Of a DNA stretch of 64,000 nucleotides, positions 55,147 to 64,000 are shown piece by piece; the stretch's first letter is position 1; every line of letters starts with the position of its first letter. The notes under the pieces are model-generated. The model saw only the letters and a list, made by a program, of their open reading frames with translations, was not told where the DNA came from and searched no databases. Position numbers and translations under genes: made by a program. The stretch is from Phaeosaccion multiseriatum (Eukaryota; Protista; Ochrophyta, other classes): NCBI GenBank assembly GCA_965112735.1, contig OZ218956.1, positions 558,001-622,000 of the forward strand, given 5' to 3'.

Positions 55147-58100
55147 TGCTGAAGCTGCTGTACCACCAACTGCTGGTGCTGTACCGCCAACTCTGCCCTG
55201 TCAGTCGCGGCCCTCGCCTCTCGCAGCTGGGCGAGGACCTGCTCCTTCTCCGCCGCTGCACACCGCTGTCTTGCCTTGCCAGCCGCCCAGCGAAGCGCCA
55301 CAAAGCCCCTGAACAGCCTCTCCTGCCTCCTGCTGCTGTCCGGCCTCAACACCTGCCGCAGCAGGGAGCCCCCCACTTGCACATTGGTCCTGACCTGTCT
55401 TTCCCGGAGTGCCTCGTAGTGCTCCTCCTTAGCTTTCCACGTCCGCAGCGCACACACCTCCGCCTCGCTCTCTTGTGGCAGCGATGCACACTCCTTGTCG
55501 AGGGCCTCTTGGAGTCGCTTCTTCTCTCTCTCCGCGCTCGCGAGCTGGCGCCTGATACACATGAGTGAAACTTCGTCCTTCACTTTGGTCTCGTGATACA
55601 CTTGCAGCTCCCTCAGAGCCTCGTCCCTCGCCGCCTCTGCCTCCCTCAGCCTCTCTTGCATCCCTTCCCGGCCTTCCTCCTCCCTCTCCTCGGTCTCCCG
55701 ATATGCCTGCAGCTGACTTCGAGCTTCTTCTCTCGCCGCCTCTGCCTCCCTCAGCCTCTCTCGCATCTCTTCCCGACCGTCCTCGCCCTTCGCCTCGGTC
55801 TCCCGATATGCCTGCAGCTGGTTCAGAGCCTCGTCCCTCGCCGCCTCTGCCTCCCTCAGCCTCTCTCGCATCTCTTCCCGACCGTCCTCCTCCCTCTCCT
55901 CGGTCTCCCGATATGCCTGCAGCTGACTTCGAGCTTCTTCTCTCGCCGCCTCTGCCTCCCTCAGCCTCTCTCGCATCTCTTCCCGACCGTCCTCGCCCTT
56001 CGCCTCGGTCTCCCGATATGCCTGCAGCTGACTTAGAGCCTCTTCTCTCTCCGCCTCTGCCTCCCCCAGCCTCTCTCGCATCTCTTCCCGACCGTCCTCG
56101 CCCTTCGCCTCGGTCTCCCGATATACCTGCAGCTGACTTCGAGCCTCTTCTCTCTCCGCCTCTGCCTCCCTCAGCCTCTCTCGCATCTCTTCCCGTCCTT
56201 GCTCCTCCCTCGCCTCCCTCCATCTCTGCATCGCGATCCGCATGGCCCTGATTCTGCTCCTCTCCACCGCCCGTCGCAGTGCCCCCTCCACCGCCCGTCG
56301 CCGCTCTCTGCCCTCCCTCCAAGACCCCAGCGCGTCGCTCAGCGATTGGCGTGTGCGTCGCTCTCGCCCCTCCTTTGCTGTATGGTACACACGAGTCCTT
56401 TGTCTCCAGCGGCGGAAGGCCCCTCGGCTCTCCTCTCTGGCCCGCTTCTCTCTCCAGATGCGTGCCCCCAAGTCATGGGCCTTGCTGAGACTCAGTCGGG
56501 CGTGAAGGCCCTTCCATGTTGACAGTGCCTGGAGGGAGGGAGGGAGGGAGGGAGGGAGGGGGGGGCGTGTTTCGACGGCCGGAGAGGTTGGCAGATGACA
56601 GCAGAGAACGCGAAGCAGCGTGACGGTGGACCCGCGCCAGCGCCGCTATTGGCGTGACAGAAGCAGAGAGATGAGAGAGAGGAGACAGGTGGAGGGAGAC
56701 AAGGGCAAAAAACAAACAAATCGGCCCTTCCCCACCTCCGTCCCACGGCACCCAACCCCACCTGGCTCTTCCATACGCGGTTCCTCGCCCGTGTCTCCAC
56801 GGCGCAGGCCAAGGCATTTACCCGCTGCCCCCTCTCCTCCATGGCGATGAGCGCCGCCCCCTTCAAGCGTTGCAGAGCCGCCCCCACCCGCCAGTGCTGC
56901 AGCGCTCTCTCCAGGGGCCGCTGCCACCGCCGCCGGAGCAGGTGCGCCAACGCGAAGGCGGCCCCCTGCCGCCGCGCCATGTGCTCTCGGAGCCTCTCGC
57001 TTGCGGCATAGCCCCTCCACTGCATCAAGCGCGTCCTCAGTCGGCCTGCCTGTCTAGAGGAAAGGACTCGGCACACCTGCGAGGCGGCGCGAAGGCGCTT
57101 GCTCCGCGTGTGCGCGCTGCTGCGGAGGCGCTGGAAGGCCCACTGCAGGCGCTGCCGCCGCGCCCCTCGCTGCCGGGCCTTGCAGAGAACAGACAGGGTC
57201 AGCGGCAGCATTGCCCCTCGCCCTTCAGCCGCCTCTGCCCCTGCCTCCGTGGCTGCGCGCCCCCCCCTCCGCCCCGCTTGCCCTTCCCTCTGCTCCTGTT
57301 GCTCCTGCTGTATCACCAACTTGTCTCGCTGCCTCTCCCTTGTCGCTTGGGCCCACCGCGCCCACCTCCGCCTTAACCTCCCCTCTTGCACCCTTCGAAC
57401 CCCGCTCGCCAGCAGCCTCAGCGCAGCCAGGACGACCCTGTCCCGCGCCCTCCCGCTGACGGCACTTGCTTCACGGGTCGCACGGTCCGCCGCTGTAAGA
57501 GCCGCCGCCGCTGCTGCTGCTGCTGCCGCTGCTGCCGGTGCCGTTGGAGTATGCTCCTTGCTGCCACTGGCCGTGTCGTCAACACCTTCCGCCGGCCCTC
57601 CCTCGCGTTTGGTTTTGGCCGCCGCGACGGAGGCCCTCCACCTGCGAAACACGACTTTGCTCGCCCTCAATCGGTGCCGCGTCTTCTTGGCCGCCAGCTT
57701 CTCGACCAGCACCAGACGGTGCTCCTGCAGGCTGTGGACGTGCCTCCTCATACTAGACAGCTCCGCAGCGCTCGCCTGTTGTTGACTCGCCACTCGGAGG
57801 CTGAGCTCTTTCACTGTGCGTCGGTGCTCCCTCTCCATCTCACTCTTGGACCGCAGGACCCGCTTCATCGCCCTCCTCAACCTCTGGTGGCCTCTCCTAC
57901 CCCCGCTGTCCACCAGCCGCTGCAGCACTGCCCGCTGGGCCCTCAGGCTCTCCACGTCCCTTCTTAGCACCGCCACTCGCTGCTCAATCTTGAGGCTCTG
58001 GCGCTGCTTTGCCCCGTGAAGCTCTCCCACCTGCTGCTCAAGCAGGTCGGTGGCGGTGCGCTCCTGCTCCTCCACTCTGCGGAGGTCCACCGCTGCCTGC

Positions 58101-58541
58101 CTGAGCTGCTGTTGCTGCCACGATGAGGCCACTACGTGTGCTTCACGGCCAGCAGGAGCTCCGCCTTCTCTCTCGTCACGCTCACCTCCAAAGGCAGCGG
58201 CACCGGCGGTCCCCAGAGTCCGCTGCGGTAGGGACTGCGGCTCCTTAAGCCCTTCGCCTCGAAAGCCCTCGCCTCGAAAGTGCACCACACCTCTCTCCTC
58301 ACTCCCGTGCTGCTCCTCGGGGGCGGGAGCGAGTGGCAGCGATGGGGAGTGAGCCTCAACCTGCTGCCTCCCCCTCTGCTCCGCAGGTCTGGAGGGTCTC
58401 CCGTCCAGCCCTCCTCCTCCGCCGCCTTCCTCCTCCCTCCCTTCGAGGGCAGAGAGGAGGTGCTCATTGGCCCCCTCCAGGCGACCAATCTCCCTCTGCA
58501 ATTGCTCGAAGTCCTCGGCCTCTCCCCCCTCGGTAGCTGCC

Positions 58542-58582
<41 letters not shown>

Positions 58583-59424
58583 GGAGGGAGGGCACCAAAA
58601 TGCGGTCCCCCAAGTGCCTGTCCCTGCACCTTGGGCATCTTGGTCGGGGGTGTAGGATGCAATGCTCTCCACAAAGGCGTAATTGCCGACAAATACACCC
58701 CCTCTTCCTTCTCTTCCTTCCCCATCCCCCCCAGGCCCGCCCAACACTTCGAGGGTCTCACTCGCCAAGTGGTTGCGGAGTGGAGAAGGCTGGTCGCGGT
58801 TTTCTATCTCAGCGTTGTAGCGGGCTTCTGCCTCGGGGGACGTCCTGCCCCCGCTACTCTTCCCGCGTGCGCCTCCCATCCTTCCACTACTTCGCCCTCG
58901 ACTCTGCCCCTGCCCCTGCTGCTGCCGGTGATGATGGTGGTGATGGTCATGATTCAGCTTACGTAGAGGACTCCTGGATGAGCAGGAGGTGTTTGCTTCT
59001 CCTTCTCCTCCACCTCCTTCTCGCCCGTCCCAAACACCGTACTGCATCTGCAAGGTATCCATGGTGTCTCGAGCGGTGGCGAGAGCTTCATGCAGCTGCG
59101 AGGGGTGCGGTAAGTGTGGACAAGCATACGTTTGGGTAATGGTCCGGTGTCAAACCCGTCCAATCCTCGACTGTCCCAAACGTTGCATACCTCGTCGTCG
59201 AGCGGGGGGGGCTCCTGCCGTTGGTAGCAGCCCTCTTCCGACCCATCCGGGCTGTCTTCCTCCTCAATCCTTCGCCGTCGCCGCCGTCGCCGCTCCCCTC
59301 GTCTACCATCTGCTCCAGACGTCGCAGATCGGGTGGAAGTTGGCGCCCTGCCGTCGGGGAGGAGGCGTCGCTTTGCAGTTCGCAGTGTCGGCGCTTGCCC
59401 TTCGCTCGGGGGCGGGACTACCAT
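51394..59424 (-). CDS. Large coiled-coil protein with Sfi1-like repeats (RRAW/F-x-x-WR), spliced
   Basis: Long ORFs 56492-59062, 54123-56471 and 51394-53157 with recurrent A[FW]xxW[RK] motifs; exon 1 from ATG 59424 splices in frame. Family call is tentative. Confidence 0.6.
55580..56200 (-). repeat. 105-bp (35-aa) coding tandem repeat, about 6 copies
   Basis: Unit REEMRERLREAEAAREEARSQLQAYRETEAKGEDG; anchor cggtctcccg at 55691, 55796, 55901, 56006, 56111. Confidence 0.95.
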
Positions 59425-59601
59425 GTCAAACGCTCAAAAGCGCTTACTTACACATAACTACGCTCCCGAAGGACTCTCTCCCTTCCCATCTCTCGTCTTA
59501 TACCATACAGTACTGAAACAGGAGAGAGGGGGAGGAGAGGAGAGACATCACATCGAAATGATGATTTCAAACGAAAAAAATCCATCTAGTGCCATCCAGC
59601 A

Positions 59602-59916
59602 ATGGCCGACTCGTCTCTCTCGGCCACCTCGCCACCTCCTTTCTTAGGGGGGATGGACGATTGGCTTATTGATAACGGCAGATCTCTCGCCAGTATAGCG
59701 AAGAGGATCTTAAGTCCGATGAGCTCCTCGCACGACCTCGGGAACGCCGCGGATGAGGAGCTCAAGGGGATGAAAGTGGAGAAGGGGAGGGGGGAAGATC
59801 GGGCGAAAGAAGGGATGGGAACCAGCGGGGACAGCTCGGAAAGTGATACCGCAGCGCTTGAAGAAGCAGAAGCTTCATCAGCGACGGCGGCGGCAGCAGC
59901 AGAAGCTGAAGCAGCA

Positions 59917-59953
<37 letters not shown>

Positions 59954-62121
59954 CAAGGAGAGCGAGCCAGAAAGTACGAGAGGGACAGATACAGGACGCC
60001 CTAGAACGGCTCCTACGATCCCTAGGTCAGCAGCCTAGTGTAGGAAGGGGACTTCGTTGCAAGGTCGCCGGGCGAGGGGATGAAGTCCAGTCTTCCAAGG
60101 AGGGAGAGGTGGCAGGGAGCGCGACGACAACGCTCTCAGCTTGCACCTCAATGTCAAGCGTGAGTGAGTCTGTTTCTTCGACAGAGCCCCCTTCTAAAGC
60201 CGCAGCAGTAGTAGCGGAAGGAGTGGGAGGCAGGCCGGCGGCGCAGAGCCTCCCCCCCCTGGCCTCGGGCATGGCAGGAGGGAGGTCGAGATCTGCTCCA
60301 GGCTCGTCGCCGTACTGCCTGGCTCAAAGCTCGCAAAGCGCACGGCAGGGTAGGGACCATCTGTCTCCCTCGGCTCAATCTGAGAAGGAGGCTACTTCTT
60401 CCTCTTCCTCTTCTCTTTCAGCAATCGTCACCGCCGCGCCGACCGCTGCAAGCCTCGATGACGCAAACAGCGGCGGAGTGCTTTTGCCCTTTGCAGAGGA
60501 GATGAGCTTCTTCATGGACTATCTCTACCCTTCCACAGAGGAGCAACAAGCCCGAGCAGAGAGCACCGGCAGCAGCGACGGAGAGGGGCCTCGGGTGGAG
60601 GATACCGAAGCCGTGCTGCTTTCGAACCCTACCTCGCCGAGCTTCTCGCCCCCTGAGGTTGGTGGCGCGAAGGGGGGAGGGGGAGGGCTAAAGAGGAGGA
60701 GGACGATGAGCTCTTCCACTGGCTTGACGAGGACCTCCTTTGGCTTCTGTGGGCGGCTGGAGAAGCTCCAGCCGCGCTATCCATCGCGGCGCTCCACGTC
60801 CATGAGACACGCCCGCCCCCGCTCGCCCCCCGCCAAGGAGGCAAAGGAGGGTCAACAGGGCCAGCACCAGGGGCAGACACAGGGGCAGGGGCAGGCGGAA
60901 ACGCGGAAGTGGGGGGGGGGGGGGGGGGGCCCGACAGAGCTCAGAGAGAACTCTTGGGCCCAATCGTGGATATCATTGCGGTGAATGGGCTGGACCCCGT
61001 ACCCAAGGGTTATTCCAAGGTAAGTCTTACGTGAGGGGTATACAGACAGCAGTGGGTGGGCGGCGGCTCTTCCTATTATGTTGTGCTACTTGAACTCTGT
61101 GTGGCTGTGTGGCTGTGTGGCTGCTCTTGATGGGTGGAGACTACAGAGAGTGGGGCCTCCTCCTACCTGTCCCTAATCGTGCTCGAACGCTGGCCAGCTG
61201 ATATTACTCCTTCTCCTTCTCCTCCTCCTCCTCCTCCTCCTCCTCCTCCTCCTCCTCCTCCTCCTTCCTCCTCCTTCCTCCTCCTCCCTCCTCCTCCCCC
61301 TCCTCCTCCTCCCCCTCCTCCTCCTCCCTCCTCCTCTTCGTCACCACCCCCACCCCAGATCGAGGCCACAGTGGGCGGTCACCGAGCCGAGCTCAACCAC
61401 GGGGCTGGAATCGGCAGCAGCTCCTCCCCTTCCTCCGTCAGCCCGCTAAACCAGGTGTACTTGTGTGTCAAGAGGCACGAGGGGTGGGCTGACTGGACAG
61501 GCTCTGCCGTTACGGGCCTCACAGTCGTGTTTGAGGAGCAGGCGGAGTTCGTTCCGACCACCTTCTGGTGCGTGTGTCTGTGTGCGTGTGTGTGTGTGCG
61601 TGTGTGTGTGTGCGTGTGTGTGTGTGTGCGTGTGTGTGTGTGTGCGCGTGTGTGTGTGCGTGTGCGTGTGTGTGTGTGCGACCGTATGTGTATGTGTGCG
61701 TGAGTTCGGAGGATCAATGGCGTGTCAGTCGTTCAGAGTCGATGAAAGGGGGGGCGAAGCGACAACGGCGATTGTCAATGAGCCCTCCCCTCCTCCCTTT
61801 AATCAAGCCTTGGCCTTAGCGTTGGCCTTAGCCTTGGCCGTGGTGTGCAGAATCAGAATCTCTGCTCCCGCCCTCACACCTGTCCCCCCTCCTGTTCTCT
61901 CCGTGGCGCCATACACACGAACGCACGCGCGCACAGCGTGGTGAAGCGTCGTTCGCTGAACGGTACTTCTCAAATGATGGACTTCAACGCCAACGGACAC
62001 TTCAACAGACCGTCCCCCCGGGGGCACTCCACCTCCCCCTGGTCCAGCAGCTCCTCCCCCTCTGGGCACGGGCTCTACTTGTGCTTCAAGAGAGGCGTCG
62101 GCAACCCCATCTGCGACATTC

Positions 62122-62163
<42 letters not shown>

Positions 62164-62197
62164 GGGTGTGTGGGTGGGTGGGTGTGTGTGGGTGTGG

Positions 62198-62228
<31 letters not shown>

Positions 62229-62271
62229 GGGGTGGGGGGGTGGGTGTGTGGGTGTGGGTGTGTGGGTGGGT

Positions 62272-62356
<85 letters not shown>

Positions 62357-63281
62357 GGTGGGTGTGTTTGTGTGTGTATATGGGTGTGTGTGTCTCTCCT
62401 CTGTCAGTCAGTCAGTCAATCAGTCAGTCAGTCCGCTTTGCACCTATCTTGCCCTGTTTCCTGCCTCCCTCCCGCCGCCCCCGCCTGCTGAAGCGTCGAG
62501 ACTGACTGCTGATAGGCTGCGTGTGCTCCCTGCCATAAAGTCTGAAACGGCTCTCCTCCCTATTACGAAACTGAAAGTCAAGCCACCCTCTCGCCTCCGC
62601 AGGTCCGCATCCCTATACTTAGCGAGGCCGGAGAGGAAGTGCCTCAGGGCTATTGTGAGATCGACGAGAGCCCCAGTGGGAGAGTCGCCAACTTCGGTAA
62701 CCATAGCACCAACGCGGGCACTGCCGTTCGAAGGCTGTGCTACAAGCAGCACTTCATCTCCCTCCTTCCCCTCCGAGCCGTCCCCCGCTTCTGGTGTGGG
62801 GCAGCGATGGGAACGGAGGGGAGGATGGCAGAGAAAGGGAAGATGGCAGTGGAGGACAGGATGGCAACAGAGGGGCAGCAAGCACAGGCGAGCGAGGAGC
62901 AGCAGCAGCGAGAAGAGGAGCAGGAGGGGGCAGAGGGGTGCTTCCTTGTGAAGCACCAACACGCTCCCCTCCTGCCCTTGGGCTGGGACGTGGAACTCGT
63001 GGAGGCGTGCAATATCGCCTCCGTCATGCTTCTCATTGACACAAGCGGGGCAGCCCGCAGGGGGCAGGGGGGGCAGTTGGTGATACAACAGCGGGGAAAG
63101 GAGGGAAGGCAGCTCAAGGCAGCGCGAGGAGAAACGCCACAGAGCCAAATGGGAGTGAGCTGCGGCGAGGAGACGGAGCAGCAGAAGGGGGGGCGCCGAA
63201 GCCTTTCGCTACCTCCCCCCCCTCGGAATCGATCTGCGAGCTCTTGGGGGGGAGAAGGTGATACCGACGCCGCTGCTGCTG

Positions 63282-63314
<33 letters not shown>

Positions 63315-64000
63315 ATGCCCCTCCCTCTCCCTCCCCGAAGCAACTGGAAAGACTCATGTCCCCCCTTCTCGGCACCAGACAGAGGCTGGGGACAGACACC
63401 ACATTGATGGATGATGAAGCTGCTGAAGCTGATCAAGTCGAAGCTGATGAAGCTTCAGCCGCGATGGCGATGGCAGGAGTGTTGGAGGCTACGGGGACTG
63501 CGGGGAGTGTCAGTGTCAGTTCCAACAGCGCCAAGGAAGAGCACAGAGCCGAGGGGCAAGGGCGAGAGCAAGAAGGAGGCGTCGTCGCCAACGGAGCGGC
63601 TGCGGAGGAAGACTCCTTTGTCTGCTGCCATCCCCTCGCCGGGGAGGTGGTGGTGAGCATGGTGTGCGGGAGGGGAGAAGCAGCATTGCGGCTGGGGGAG
63701 GGGATGGCACCGCATGGTGGGAGAGGGGGGGACGAGCAGCTTGGAGGGGGCTCCGAAGAAGGAGAGGCGGTGTGCGCACGGGTCCGGGAGGCGCTCTTCC
63801 TTCTGCTGACGGCAGTGCAAGTCCGGCAGGGGCCGACCTCGGCTCTGGCTGTGGAGGCTCTTACTGACTTACTGGAGAACACCTCTTTCTTTGACGAGGA
63901 CGTGGGGGTGCTTGATCGGGCCGTGCTCAGAGTGAATGAAGGTACAGGAGGGAGGGAGGGAGGGAGGGCAGGCAGGGAGAGGGGGAGACAAGGGAGGGAG
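59602..64000 (+). CDS. MABP (MVB12-associated beta-prism) domain protein, 3'-partial, apparent frameshift at poly-G 60911-60929
   Basis: Three MABP-like blades across exons: PIVDIIAV...VPKGYSK|[13 protein letters not shown]...VYLCVKR; VTGLTVV...VPTTF...LYLCFKR; PICDIQ|...[21 protein letters not shown]...LCYK. Confidence 0.7.

Overview
Intron-rich, microsatellite-rich, GC-rich eukaryotic DNA. A CbbY-like gene with a signal peptide followed by an ASAFAP-like 'G|FV' site points to an alga with a secondary red plastid, probably an ochrophyte. Positions 1-16006 (- strand) hold the 5' part of a large modular cis-AT type I PKS: KS(Cys->Ser)-ACP | KS-AT-DH-ER-KR-ACP | KS-AT-KR-ACP | KS..., running off the left edge. 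All three extension KS domains carry a phase-2 intron at the same codon, so whole modules form frame-neutral cassettes. One cassette contains a lone in-frame TAG. The rest are spliced genes: CbbY-like HAD phosphatase (-), CCDC13-like (+), UDP-glucose 6-dehydrogenase (-), CANT1-type apyrase (-), TM-RING E3 ligase (+), membrane-anchored GH16 with acid/base Glu->Gln (-), FAM13-like RhoGAP (+), an Sfi1-like coiled-coil protein (-) and a MABP-domain protein (+, runs off the right edge). A dispersed motif, GCAGTTGGTGATACAG, is strongly over-represented in exons, an intron and 3' regions. I saw no rRNA, tRNA, CRISPR array or clearly autonomous transposon. Exon boundaries were read by eye and domain limits are approximate.
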